In this document: positions 29,765 through 40,755 of the stretch, in pieces
How positions within the stretch are numbered: position 1 is the first letter of the stretch
Layout: each line of letters begins with the position of its first letter
Notes under the pieces: generated by a model
The model's database searches: none
What the model saw: the letters and a program-made list of their open reading frames with translations, nothing else
What the model was told of the DNA's origin: nothing
Source: Porphyridium purpureum
Taxonomy: Eukaryota
Length of the DNA stretch: 64,000 nucleotides
NCBI GenBank assembly: GCA_008690995.1
Contig: VRMN01000003.1
Location: forward strand, 1,860,001 to 1,924,000
Direction of reading: 5' to 3'
Translations under genes and position numbers: made by a program

Positions 29765-30691
29765 ATGACGAAGGGTGATCCTGCCTCCGGGGCGAGACTA
29801 GCGCCGCACCTGTTTCGCACGTTCTGGTGGCTCTGCGCGTTCGTATGTACCGCTGCTTGTCTAGTGCAGACAGTGCGTGGCTTGGAGTGTGACCTGTGCG
29901 CAGATAATTGGCTGTTCATTCTTGCGGCAGGAGGCCGCACTGCGAGCACGACGGCTTTGTCCATGTTTTCTCTGCTGCCGCAAATAGAGCTCGCCGGCGA
30001 ACATGCCGGGGGCTTGGAGGAGCAATTCGCTGTTTTGCGGCGGCTGGAACTCATAAACCATGGAAGCGTGGCGTGGAAGGGCCCTCAGCTACACAGTCGT
30101 GCTTTCTTCTGCGTCACACAAGAGCTGGTCAAGACCATGGTGTACGGCGCCGGACAGGCAAGCCGCGAGCCAAAGACCAAAATCGTAGGCTTTAAAGAAA
30201 TTCGGTATGTTTCCTGGCACATGCAGTGGTTCTTGGCCTCCGCCTTTCCTTGCGCGCGCATCATTTTCCCAGTGCGTCAGAATGCTTCTGCGGAAATACT
30301 CGTCAAGTCGGGTTTCAACTATGATCTTCTACACCGGGAATGGGCCGAGGAGCGCAAGGTGGCGGAATCGATCCACAAGGCGTCCCCGCATACCTCGTTC
30401 GTCCTGCCTATTGAGCGAGTGTCTGAGGAAATGTATAATTAAGTTCTGCATGGTCTGCTTGGCGTCCGCAATTGCAGCTTTCGAGCTGTTCTCGGCGAAA
30501 ACATGAACGGCACCTACAGCCACCTCCCGAAAAGAGACGAGATACGCGATCTAAGAGAGAAAGAAATGCGCATGCAGTTCATAGAAGGCGAGTGCGACGT
30601 ATCGCAGGTCGACTTTAAACTCACTGAAGAGCAACTAAGTTATAATCGATATGCGTGGCAAAAGCTCGCTGCTGAACGTGGCCGCTCATAG
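29765..30691 (+). pseudogene. Type II membrane sulfotransferase-like gene interrupted by one in-frame TAA (30440-30442)
   Basis: N-terminal TM; FILAAGGRTASTT (PAPS-loop-like), ELAGE, VGFKEIRY, FPCARIIFPVR. The same frame continues VLHGLLGVRNCSF..NGTY to 30691 after the stop. Confidence 0.65.
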
Positions 30692-31018
30692 GAGAAAGTG
30701 GGAGCTCGTTTGCGATGCCTCCAACTAGTCGTACCATGACGATATCAATCCCACGTTTGACGAAGGCTATAGAAGACGGACTTTAGTTTCACTTGTTCTG
30801 GTCAAGAACATGACCCGGCAAAGTACCGGCAGCTTTTCACAGACTGCAGACAGACGCTCCTTTTTATGGCGTTTTCCATGGTCTTATGTGACGCGCAAAT
30901 GAGGCCCGGCGACAATCTCAGATGTAGGTCTGAGCACAGAGAGCCAAGAAAAAACCCAAGAACAAACTTGCAGGTCAAGCTCACTTTCGCAACCTTGCAA
31001 AGAAAATCAGTGCGATTA

Positions 31019-32419
31019 TCATTCCTTACCAAGCTTGTCTCTTTGGAACCTTGTTCCAGTCTTCGACATCGGTTTGGGCTTCGGCCTTGGTCGAGCATTG
31101 ACGCCATGTGGCAGCGTGGGCCGCTCTCGAACAATATCGCTGAGAGCCGTGCTCACCCCCTCTGTTGGTGTCGATACATACTGCTTCGGTCTGGGACAGA
31201 ACTCCATATTTTCAGTTGCATTATCCAAAGTTTCATTATCTTTGGGAATCGAGCTTATCTCTGGTCGGAGTTCGGGCAACGTCTCGGTGGGAGCAAAAGT
31301 CACCTTCGATGCGCGTTTTTGCATTGCACCAGGCTCTTTAAACGGAGGGGCGACCTCTGCAGATGGACCTGGCGCGGGTCCACCCGAATCGTCCAGAAGA
31401 AATCCCGATCTGAATCCTTGTGCAAATGTGCCACTTGGCTGTGAGACCTTTGCTGAATCAGTTGTGCTGAAGTGCTGAGGTTTGTCATGAGCGGTTCGCG
31501 AACCACCTTCTCTGATATCATCAGCATTAGAGCCGGCTTCTGGAGAACTGCTGTCTAGACCGGTGCCAAACGCTTGCAAGAACGTGCTGTGTAAGGCGTC
31601 CAGTTCCTCTAGTGATGATCCTGCTTCGGATGACATGCCACTTTCACTTGTACTACCGTCAGTACTGTAATTTTCGTGTCGATTGCCAACAGCGCGTTCT
31701 AAATTCGAGCCTTTGGGCAAGGTCCGAAGCGGCGCTGCACTCAGCATGTGGTTCTCTAGTCCCAGCACCTTTGCGGGCACGTCCGATGTCTGATCCGTGT
31801 AGACTTCGACCAAGTTGACCATGGTCTCGTCCTCCTGATTTCCGGCTAGATGTCTAGAGACCCCACCTTCACTGAGAGTCACGCTGTTCTCGCGTCTGGA
31901 CTGAGAGGAACTGTCCAGCCCAGCCACGCTGGCATCCCCAGCTTCAGCAAGCAGACACTCAGCGCACATACCATCCGGTTCCGCGCTCCCGGTCTTCATG
32001 AACCGCGTGTGGCCGCGCTCTATGCAGTCTGGCTGGATGCGCTGCGCACATTTCAAAAGTCGACTGCTTTGAACCACGTCTCCATCCTTACTTTCTCTTC
32101 GGCTATCTAAGATGAGGCCATCGAGGTAAGTCATCCTGCGCTTCAAGTGGGCAATCGTTTCAGCGCGCGAGTACTCGGCAAAGGTGGACTCACCCAGCAG
32201 GACTAAGAGCCTTTCAGTCGAGATGGCACCGGCACGTACGTATACGCGCGGTCCAAAGGGGGCTAACGTTACGGAATGTTCATTTGTCGCGGCGCCGTCG
32301 CCAATCTCCTCACGCCTTTCTAGTTCTGTCACGACACATTCATACTTCGCACGCGTCTGGAGAAGCTTGTGTATGCTCTGCGAAGACGGCGTTTCCACAT
32401 AGTAAGCACCACCCGCCAT
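31019..32419 (-). CDS. URI1: Unconventional prefoldin RPB5 interactor URI1/Bud27
   Basis: Alpha-prefoldin segment APFGPRVYV..TERLLVLLGESTFAEYS..LKRR, long acidic linker, C-terminal DIVRER and KP.SK..RF box. Confidence 0.75.
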   Translation of the reverse strand: MAGGAYYVETPSSQSIHKLLQTRAKYECVVTELERREEIGDGAATNEHSVTLAPFGPRVYVRAGAISTERLLVLLGESTFAEYSRAETIAHLKRRMTYLDGLILDSRRESKDGDVVQSSRLLKCAQRIQPDCIERGHTRFMKTGSAEPDGMCAECLLAEAGDASVAGLDSSSQSRRENSVTLSEGGVSRHLAGNQEDETMVNLVEVYTDQTSDVPAKVLGLENHMLSAAPLRTLPKGSNLERAVGNRHENYSTDGSTSESGMSSEAGSSLEELDALHSTFLQAFGTGLDSSSPEAGSNADDIREGGSRTAHDKPQHFSTTDSAKVSQPSGTFAQGFRSGFLLDDSGGPAPGPSAEVAPPFKEPGAMQKRASKVTFAPTETLPELRPEISSIPKDNETLDNATENMEFCPRPKQYVSTPTEGVSTALSDIVRERPTLPHGVNARPRPKPKPMSKTGTRFQRDKLGKE

Positions 32420-32744
32420 CCCGCGCGACGGCGAGCAAGCTGATTGCGCGAGCTTGTCACTTTGCCCCCCACTTGCGGCGTCGAAAAGAGACAAGAAGAG
32501 TACAGCATAACTATGTCCACGTTTACTGTTCCGGTGGTCGACTCTGTTCCTGCGGAAAATTGACTCGGGTGGTTTGCTGGCATCCCCGGACAGAGTCGGA
32601 GAATCTGCGCCCCTGAAGACATGTGCTTGCGTGATTTTCCGCGTACATGCAAAACCCAAGAGCACAGGAAGAAAGAAAAAATAACCGATAAAGGCAGTAA
32701 AAGAACATCATTCCTGATCTTCTTCACGCAAGAACACACCCATC

Positions 32745-34181
32745 TCACCGACCATGCACGCGCAGCTCACGCAAAAGCATATTACAGGCGTACAAAAAGG
32801 AAAACATGTTGCCGAGGCGGTGGATGATGTCCAGTCGGAATCCGCTTGTGGTCTTGTAAAGTTGGAGAGTAAATCGGCACTGAAGGAGCTCGCCATCCTT
32901 GCTGACCTGCTGCGTCTCGTCGAACACAATGACCTTGATCTGGAAAGGCTGGTGCGATGGGCTCTTCCACCGCCAACGCAGCGCGCTCAAAGCACGGTAC
33001 ACTTCCATCATGACGTCCGCTGCCCGCGGAAGGCGGCTGTGCACGCCAATAATCCAGGAACGCGCGTTGAGCGGGGATCCGTCCGCCGAGCCGTTCAGCC
33101 CTGTGTCTCGAGGCGCCTGCCTTTTGCTCTCTCGCTGCATGCTCGTCGGTTTGCCCATTCCGGCCGCGTTCTCCACAAATGAGCGATCAAGTGTCAGTTT
33201 GCTATCCTTGAGCAAAAAGTAAGCCGCGGTGTATACATTCTTCCGATTCTGGATCAATGAACGATAAATGGTCGCCTGCGGGTAACCCATTTTTTGCTCA
33301 ACCATGGCCAAAATGTTCTGATCAATAGGCTCGCGATCGTATCCCACCTTTGGCGGCACAGCCAAGTATCGTGGCAGTCGCGCTTGGAACCAGCTGTGCC
33401 GGCGGATTTCCTCGATGGATATTCTGCGCATTGGGTCCGTTACCAGCATCTTGCCGATCAAATCGCGCGATAGCTCGCTCAGGAACGATGGAAGAACGTA
33501 GATTCCACCCTTGATCTTCTTGAATAAATACGGAATATTTTCGTCGTCAAACGGCAGGGTGCCGCACAACAGCGCGAACAAAATCACACCGCATGACCAC
33601 ACGTCGACTTCAGGTCCGGCATACAATTTGCCGGAGATAACCTCGGGCGCGGCGTAGTTGGGCGACCCGCAGCTCGTCTTGAGGAAAAAGCCGTCCTGCA
33701 TCAGATTCGAAAGTCCAAAATCCGCAATCTTCACGTTGTTGTTGGCATCCAGCAGCAGATTTTCTGGCTTCAAGTCGCGGTGCGCGACCATATGCTTGTG
33801 ACAATATTCGATGCCCGACACGATTTGCTGGAAGAACATGCGCGCCTCGTCCTCCGATAACCTGCCGCGCTCGACGATATAGTCGAACAGCTCGCCGCCG
33901 GGCGAGTACTCAGTCACTACATAGATGTCATTGGGCGCATCAATCACCTCGTAGAGCTGGATGATATGTGGGTGCGTGAATAGCTTCAGGATCTTGATCT
34001 CGCGCTTCACCTTGTCTTCCATGTCGAGCATTTTGATTTTCTGCCGATTCAAAATCTTCACCGCCACCTTGCGACCGGTTGCCTCGTGCTCGGCAAGCTT
34101 CACTTTACCAAAGGAGCCCACGCCCAACGTTCGCCCGAGGCGGTAATTGCCCACCTTCATAGTGCTGTGTGTGAGCGACAT
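32745..34181 (-). CDS. SNF1: SNF1/AMPK-alpha/SnRK1 catalytic subunit
   Basis: LGVGSFGKVK, HRDLKPEN, DFGLSN, LKTSCGSPNYAAPEVISGKLYAGPEVDVWS; UBA-like and KA1-like C-terminus. Confidence 0.97.
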   Translation of the reverse strand: MSLTHSTMKVGNYRLGRTLGVGSFGKVKLAEHEATGRKVAVKILNRQKIKMLDMEDKVKREIKILKLFTHPHIIQLYEVIDAPNDIYVVTEYSPGGELFDYIVERGRLSEDEARMFFQQIVSGIEYCHKHMVAHRDLKPENLLLDANNNVKIADFGLSNLMQDGFFLKTSCGSPNYAAPEVISGKLYAGPEVDVWSCGVILFALLCGTLPFDDENIPYLFKKIKGGIYVLPSFLSELSRDLIGKMLVTDPMRRISIEEIRRHSWFQARLPRYLAVPPKVGYDREPIDQNILAMVEQKMGYPQATIYRSLIQNRKNVYTAAYFLLKDSKLTLDRSFVENAAGMGKPTSMQRESKRQAPRDTGLNGSADGSPLNARSWIIGVHSRLPRAADVMMEVYRALSALRWRWKSPSHQPFQIKVIVFDETQQVSKDGELLQCRFTLQLYKTTSGFRLDIIHRLGNMFSFLYACNMLLRELRVHGR

Positions 34182-35592
34182 GCTTGCGTGCGCTCCGCGC
34201 TACCGCTGCGTCCCGCTTGCGCACCACTGCAACCCCGTTTCCGAATTCACTCGTTCTTACACAACAATTAAAGCGCTTCCGCGATCACGCCTGAACATTC
34301 ACTCTCTCAGACAGCGTAGATCTCGCCGATCCGCACGCAAGCGCATCGAAGTGCCGCGACCTGAGGAAGAAGAAACAAAAAACAAAAAGGAAAAAGAAAC
34401 ACGCTCGTTGGATGACAACCAATCTGTACACTTGCTCCAACTACTTCCAACGCCGGCCCCAACTTTTAACCACGCGCGTTCCGCGCCGCCCACCGCTCTT
34501 TCCAGCACACCACCACTGCCGCGAGTCGTCACCTCTGTCTTCCCGCTTTCACTTGCCCGACTTACCACCCTTCCGTTGTTCCATCCACCCCCGCTCACAC
34601 AACTTGCACCCAAAGTTCCACCGCTGTACTTCCTTCCTTTCTTCGCAACCAGAACTGTACACAAACCCAATATAATGGTGTCCAAACCCTTGATCTAACC
34701 CGTCGACCACATGGACCAGTTAGATCAAGGGTTTCTGGCATGATCACTTTTGGCATCATGATGGATGTTCAGCAAAAGTACTGTATGACTGTACTATTTC
34801 TATGTTGCCGGAAGTTTATTTTCAGACACCCCGCCCGCGACGCTATTTTTGCAACGGCCGTTTACACCCATCTTGCGCGACATTTCCAGTGTGCTCGCTT
34901 TTGGAAACTTTGTGCACATCCAACAAAATCGGTGGCCGGCACGACATCCCACTACTGAAAAAGAAACAAAAACCAAACAAAAATTTGAAAATCAAGTAGA
35001 AGTCTGGGGTAACTAACCGAGCTCGTATGTTTGTATTAGGAAAAACGCAGTTGTGGTTAATGTGGCGATTTGTTTTTGGTGGTGGGAGAGAGAGAAAATC
35101 GAACGAAGATTTGAAATATGAGTGATCCAGAAGAGCCGGTGTCCCAATACACAAGCAATGGGACAGAGGGAGGGAGAGCGAGAGAGAGAGAGCAAGGGCG
35201 GCAGCGAGACGCATGAGAGACGTCGAACAGGTAGTGTGGGTATATTAATGAACGAGTGCCACCGCGATCAGTTGACAGGCGTGTGTGTGTGTTTGATGAG
35301 AGCGCGACAGGCATGCGTCGACGTTTAGGACAGACTGGACCGAGTGGTGCGTGTGTATAAACGCCAAGTGGGGAGCGTGTGAGGCCGCATGCGCACGAGC
35401 TGCAGAGAGCAATTTGCAGAGGCTGGCTCCCTCGCGTGTCTGCGTGAGCCTCTATCGGTGAACGGCAGAGCAAAGAGATACCAAACTGGCCTCCTTCAGA
35501 AAAGTGATCGACTGCAAGAGAAATGTTTTGAGCAGAGGCAGCGCGACACAGCGTGAGGCGCACGAAAGAGGAGCAAGAACACCAAAGACGAA

Positions 35593-37356
35593 ATGGGAAT
35601 GAGCAGACGACCAGCAAATATGAAAGACCTCGTGTTGAACCATGACGGCATCGACTCGCAGGATCTCTCAGGGAACTCCCAGGGCGCAGGAAATACGGAC
35701 TCAGAAGAAGCCGTGGTGTGCACTCCGCAGAACCAGCCCATCGAGGTCTCGTTCACGTGTCCCTCGGTGGACGCTCGGCGAGTCAAGTCAGCCAAGAAGC
35801 CAAGTGGGGGCTCAGGTCGTCAGCAGCGCGGCAGCCTGGTGAATCATAACGCTACACCAAGCCGACAAAGCTGGCCGGCGAATCGAAAGCATTTATGTAA
35901 CTCCAAAGTGCCCATGCTGCGGCTCAGGCCGTCCAAATTGAGCGGCGGAGCCAAGAAAAGGCCGGCTAACGACGACGGGGTTTCAGAGACGCAGGACGAA
36001 GCCGACACTATAGCCATGATGAGTCAGGATCACTGCGATCTTGCGGATGAAAATGTCGAGCCGAACGCCGACGCTTTATTCGAGTACACACAGACACAGA
36101 CTCAAGGCGACGGAGCGACGAACGAGCTGTGCACGCAGATGTCGATGGACCTTTTTCTTGCCGACAGTCAGGACACTTCCATGGACTTTGTCAAGCAGTC
36201 CGAGCCGGTTGAAACAGGGCCACACAATAAGCGAACCAAGTATGACAGCTTGGACGGCATAACCCGCTTCCATCAAATGACGCAGGCCATGGCGATCCCG
36301 AACCCATTCATTGCGAACCCAACAAACGAGCCAGCGCAGACGTTCCGGATCAAATCACTGGTGGAGCAAGTGTGCACATCTAGCATGCAAAGACGCAAGT
36401 ATGCGGTTGAGTTTGCAGAAGTCAGCGTCCTTGGGAAGGGCGACTTTAGCATGGTGGCGCGTGCCGTGCAGAAGACAGACGGACAGACGTACGCGGTTAA
36501 GCAAACTTCGCGGCCTCTATACTCGACAAATCTCGTGATACAGGCTCTTCGAGAGGTGCAGGCGCTGGCAGCGATCCCCACCCACCCCAACGTGCTCCGT
36601 TTCTACTCGGCGTGGCTTGAGCAAGACTGCACGCGCTTGTATATTCAGACAGAATGCTGCGACGCACTCAAAAATCAAAACATTTGCCCGATGGAATTTG
36701 GCGCTGATCTCAGCCGCGCGCTTGCCCATGTGCATGGCGTCGGAATCATGCATGGCGATGTGAAGCCGGAGAACGTGTTGATTCGCCGTCATGCCACGGC
36801 AACATTACAAAATCGGCCGGACTTTGTGCTTGCTGATTTTGGTCTTGCGTGTCGAATGCACGCTGACGATCTTGGCGCAAACGTCACAGACGGCGACTGC
36901 CGGTATCTTTGCCCAGAAATCCTGCAATCAGGCGGCGCGCCGGGATTTTCCAGGCGGCATGGCACCGAGGCGCTTGCTGCCGTAGACATGTTTGCCTTTG
37001 GTATGAGCCTTCTTGAAGTGAGCCTGTTTGGAAAAACTCGGGACGAAGGCAGCGCCACCTCGAATCTGAACGACACCAAGACGCTTCGCCAGCGCGTGCT
37101 CGAAGGCGAGTTGGAGGACGCCTCTTCTGGCCTGTCATGCGCGCTTCAGGACGCACTGCTCGACAACAACCTTCTTCCGCAGATCATCAAAATGTGCGTG
37201 CGAGCCGAGCCGCACCAGCGCCCAACGGCCGAGACGGTATCGCGCATGTTCGAAACCGAGTCGAGCGCCGCTAGCGTCGAGACGCGCGCGCTCAAGGCTC
37301 GCATCGAGGCTCTCGAGAAGGAAAACAATCGACTGCACGCCTTGCTAGGCAGCTAA
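35593..37356 (+). CDS. WEE1: Wee1/Myt1-family protein kinase
   Basis: NPF motif before the kinase domain; LGKGDFS, YAVK, ALREVQALA..HPNVLRFYSAW, HGDVKPEN, DFG, and the Wee1-typical (E/D)GDCRYL; C-terminal coiled coil. Confidence 0.8.
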   Translation: MGMSRRPANMKDLVLNHDGIDSQDLSGNSQGAGNTDSEEAVVCTPQNQPIEVSFTCPSVDARRVKSAKKPSGGSGRQQRGSLVNHNATPSRQSWPANRKHLCNSKVPMLRLRPSKLSGGAKKRPANDDGVSETQDEADTIAMMSQDHCDLADENVEPNADALFEYTQTQTQGDGATNELCTQMSMDLFLADSQDTSMDFVKQSEPVETGPHNKRTKYDSLDGITRFHQMTQAMAIPNPFIANPTNEPAQTFRIKSLVEQVCTSSMQRRKYAVEFAEVSVLGKGDFSMVARAVQKTDGQTYAVKQTSRPLYSTNLVIQALREVQALAAIPTHPNVLRFYSAWLEQDCTRLYIQTECCDALKNQNICPMEFGADLSRALAHVHGVGIMHGDVKPENVLIRRHATATLQNRPDFVLADFGLACRMHADDLGANVTDGDCRYLCPEILQSGGAPGFSRRHGTEALAAVDMFAFGMSLLEVSLFGKTRDEGSATSNLNDTKTLRQRVLEGELEDASSGLSCALQDALLDNNLLPQIIKMCVRAEPHQRPTAETVSRMFETESSAASVETRALKARIEALEKENNRLHALLGS

Positions 37357-37737
37357 ACGGAAACGCAGCTCACATGATACCGCCGCCGCCGTCGCCGCGT
37401 CCTGCTCCTCGTCGTGCGCACACCCACGTGATGCGCACGCCGATGTATATTTGTGATCGGAGCTCAGGAGTTTCCCGAGGCTCGCACGAAAGAAGTAAAA
37501 GTAGAGTGGAGTACAGTCTGTCACGTGGAATGACCGCGTTTGCGATGAGTCTGCGGTGCTGCGCTGCTGCCGTGCGGGCCAAACACAAGGCGGCTTGCGT
37601 GCAACACGTTCCCGTGCGCGTGTGTGTGGACCCTGACGCCGAGCTTGGGCACAGGGTAGTATGGCGCGTGAAGCATGAGGAGTGCGCAGGTTCAGGCAGG
37701 CAGCAGTACGCGGCGCTCGGCGTCGTTCCGTCTGCCG

Positions 37738-40392
37738 ATGCCCGCCGCAGATGAGCAGCCGGTGTCGTGGATTGCGCGCGCGCCGCAGCAGCACGTCGCC
37801 GCACTGCGCCGCGGCGCGCAGAGTGTGGGCGTGATGGTGGATATGGTGCAGACAAATAGGCAAGCTCGGGCCGCGCTGCTGGTGGGATTGGGTCTGGTGC
37901 TGATGGTGTGGACCCTCGTCGTGCATGAGGACACGGCGCAACCGCTGAAATCAACGCCAGATCGTACCGCACAGCGCCCAGCCACACACCAAGCGAGCGC
38001 CGCTGCGTTTGGCAGGCTGACAAGCGCAGATCCCTTGCAGTCAGCATTGGAAAAGTTTATGAAGCAGAAGACGCAGTTTGTGCGTGGTGGAACACCTGCA
38101 GCCGGTACATCAGCTGGCGGGGTAAACTCAGTTTCATTGCTTGTGTCGTGTCCTGCAGGACGCGCAGCGGACGTGCCTGCAGATTGGAACAACTCTGCCC
38201 CGCGACTGGAAGCTATGGACGCGTTCAGGAAGTGCGCTGACAGCTGGCAGGCTGTCGAAGGCCTCCTGGAGGTCGTGTTTGTGCATTGGGGCTCGAATCA
38301 ATTCCGAAGTGTTCTGCTGGAACGCGAAGGGCCGGTGCCCGTCATTCATGTGCACGCCAGTACTAACGAGTATTTTAGCTCGACGCGTGCGTACAACTTG
38401 GCCTCGCGTTTCTCTAGTGCTGATGCCTTGCTTTTGGTTGACTGCGCGACCGTACTCGCCCCAGATTTTCTAAAGAAACATCGACTTGGGCCGGGCCAGT
38501 ACTACGCCTCATCTTGGGCGTCTGCACACACACCGGAGCAAGAAAGACTGCGAACAACGTTGCTAGTTGCCAAGCAGGATTTTGACTCTGTGTTTGGGTA
38601 CGACGAGCGCATGACACTGAGCGGGTATCAGGAAGCTGACATCAGCCGCCGGCTGAAAAAAGAGCGCAACTTGAAGTATCAGCAGCTAAATTTGGCATTG
38701 ATGCGTCACCTTGAAGCTGCCAGCGAGCGGCCGCCAAGACCATCACCACCAAGCAGGGGCCAAACAAGCGGGGCGATGGCGAATGATTCAGCAAGGCGAC
38801 AAAGACACGGAATATGGCAGTCATTGCTCCTTCCGGAATCATGGGGGGTTCCCGCGGACGAAGTTCCCTTCAAGGTTGGCATTCAGGTGAATGCCGTGTC
38901 GAGCGAGCGTTCCGATAAGTGGAACGATGTGGCGGTGTCCCGCTGCTGCTGGTTTATTTCTGGCACTGAGCAAGATCTCTTTTACGATGTGCGCTCGGAA
39001 TCGGTTCTCGATATCGAGCTCCACGTACGCGGTGATCATCTAGGTGCTGGCTTCGTCGAAGAACTGAGCTCCAGCGAGTTGCGCGCCGAACGCGTGGCGC
39101 TTGGTATTGAAAGGATCTTGCACGATGCCATGCGTGTGCCGTGGGACGTGCTTGTGGAGCTTTCATTCACCGAACTTCTGGATTTACTTTCATTTATGGT
39201 AGACCACGGTTCAGAATCTCATTCACGGGTAGTTTTTGCGATCATCGAGTGCGAGGACGTTGTGCAGGCACTGCACCGGCTTGTCTTGATCGTGAGCTAC
39301 TGCTCGTCGCGACAGATGGCTTGCCTTGTCTCCTTTCTACACTCTACGCTCACGTTGAGTGATTTGCTCGATGTGCACGCCACGACAGCTGCCTTTGATC
39401 GCAGCATGAACCGCGAAGAGGCAACACACTTCTTGCCACTGCCGCATTGGAAGTGTCGTGACATAGACGCGTGCACGCGTTGGGACAAGGCGTATGTCGG
39501 CATGCATGAGTTGCTCGCGTACGAGGATCCGACGAGCAGCGAAGTCTCGTTACTTTCCGGTGAAAATCTTGATGGCAGCGACACAGATGGGAAGAGCGAG
39601 AGCGTTGGACGATACAGGTCCATACTTTTTTCCTTCGAGAGCGCAGCGGGGAACTCTTCCTCCACAATCCTGGACGATTATCGGCACCTGGTGGTCCGGC
39701 TCGTAGATCCGCAATCAGCTAGGGCCAATCTGGTAGATAGTGAACCGCGGCATCTTCCGGAGCAACAGCTGTTGAGCTCTGGAGGGATCAAAGCGATTCC
39801 ATCGGTGCGCATTCCTCACAGGTTGGCGACGTCGATTCTGCACGAGCGGCTCATTCCGGACCGAGCCGTGCAGGACGTCGCACAGAGAGCTCTGCGGAAA
39901 CCCTGTCGAGCCATCTACCTGCAAGGACCAGACGACGAGCTCGACGTGCGCCAAACCGCCGCGCAGGATCTCAACACTGGGTTCCACACGTTTGTGTTTG
40001 GCTCCGACCGTTCGGCCGTTGAAGCGCTCCGCGTGCTTGCGGGCCTGATCGAGCGGGAGGAGGACGACGATGCGAGCGGAATCGACGACGCGCTCGGCAT
40101 TGAGCAGGAGGGGCTGAGCGGGAGCCGAGACGAGCGCGCGCAGCTCGTGGAACGCCGCCGCGTCGAACGGCGCATGCAGTCGACACGCGGCAATGCCGCG
40201 GCGCTAAGCAGCTCGAGCAGCCCGTGCCATGAGCCGCGGTGCTCACAAGCCACCGCGGGCGAGCTGTACGCGGCACTAATGTGCGAGCAATGGTCATCCA
40301 CACGGTCCAGCGCCAGCCGCAGCGCCCAGCGTCTGTGGACGCTCTACCAACCCCAACGCGAGCTGGGCTACTTCCATTTCGAGGAGGAGTAG
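37738..40392 (+). CDS. Type II membrane glycosyltransferase-like protein (GT2/GT7-like domain plus a second degenerate domain)
   Basis: TM AALLVGLGLVLMVWTLVV; RAYNLA, LLLVDCAT, F..VFGYDERM..GYQEADI..RL. Start uncertain. Confidence 0.72.
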   Translation: MPAADEQPVSWIARAPQQHVAALRRGAQSVGVMVDMVQTNRQARAALLVGLGLVLMVWTLVVHEDTAQPLKSTPDRTAQRPATHQASAAAFGRLTSADPLQSALEKFMKQKTQFVRGGTPAAGTSAGGVNSVSLLVSCPAGRAADVPADWNNSAPRLEAMDAFRKCADSWQAVEGLLEVVFVHWGSNQFRSVLLEREGPVPVIHVHASTNEYFSSTRAYNLASRFSSADALLLVDCATVLAPDFLKKHRLGPGQYYASSWASAHTPEQERLRTTLLVAKQDFDSVFGYDERMTLSGYQEADISRRLKKERNLKYQQLNLALMRHLEAASERPPRPSPPSRGQTSGAMANDSARRQRHGIWQSLLLPESWGVPADEVPFKVGIQVNAVSSERSDKWNDVAVSRCCWFISGTEQDLFYDVRSESVLDIELHVRGDHLGAGFVEELSSSELRAERVALGIERILHDAMRVPWDVLVELSFTELLDLLSFMVDHGSESHSRVVFAIIECEDVVQALHRLVLIVSYCSSRQMACLVSFLHSTLTLSDLLDVHATTAAFDRSMNREEATHFLPLPHWKCRDIDACTRWDKAYVGMHELLAYEDPTSSEVSLLSGENLDGSDTDGKSESVGRYRSILFSFESAAGNSSSTILDDYRHLVVRLVDPQSARANLVDSEPRHLPEQQLLSSGGIKAIPSVRIPHRLATSILHERLIPDRAVQDVAQRALRKPCRAIYLQGPDDELDVRQTAAQDLNTGFHTFVFGSDRSAVEALRVLAGLIEREEDDDASGIDDALGIEQEGLSGSRDERAQLVERRRVERRMQSTRGNAAALSSSSSPCHEPRCSQATAGELYAALMCEQWSSTRSSASRSAQRLWTLYQPQRELGYFHFEEE

Positions 40393-40755
40393 ATCGAGGA
40401 GACACAGCCGCCACATTAAAGTCAACGTTAATTAATTAAGTGTTTAAGCGTGAGCAAGTGAATAAAGTACAGCTCCTATTCATGTCGAACTGTACTTTGC
40501 ACCTGTTTGTTTGTTTTCGTTTTTTTGGTGCGTGCGCAGTGCGCTCGTCGGGACGACCGCTTGGGTCTTTTGGTGTGAGAAGGGAGGAGACGGACGGGAA
40601 GAACGGAAGGTGGTGGTGGGGTCTTGGGTGTCTGGCAGCGCGTCGTGTGCACGGAGAGTCGGGGGCGGGGAGGAGTGGTACGTGTGCGCTTGGCCGCAGA
40701 GGAAGGGGGGAGCCTGTGCGGTGCGCGCGCGAGAGGCGGCGGGGTGACGGTAAGC

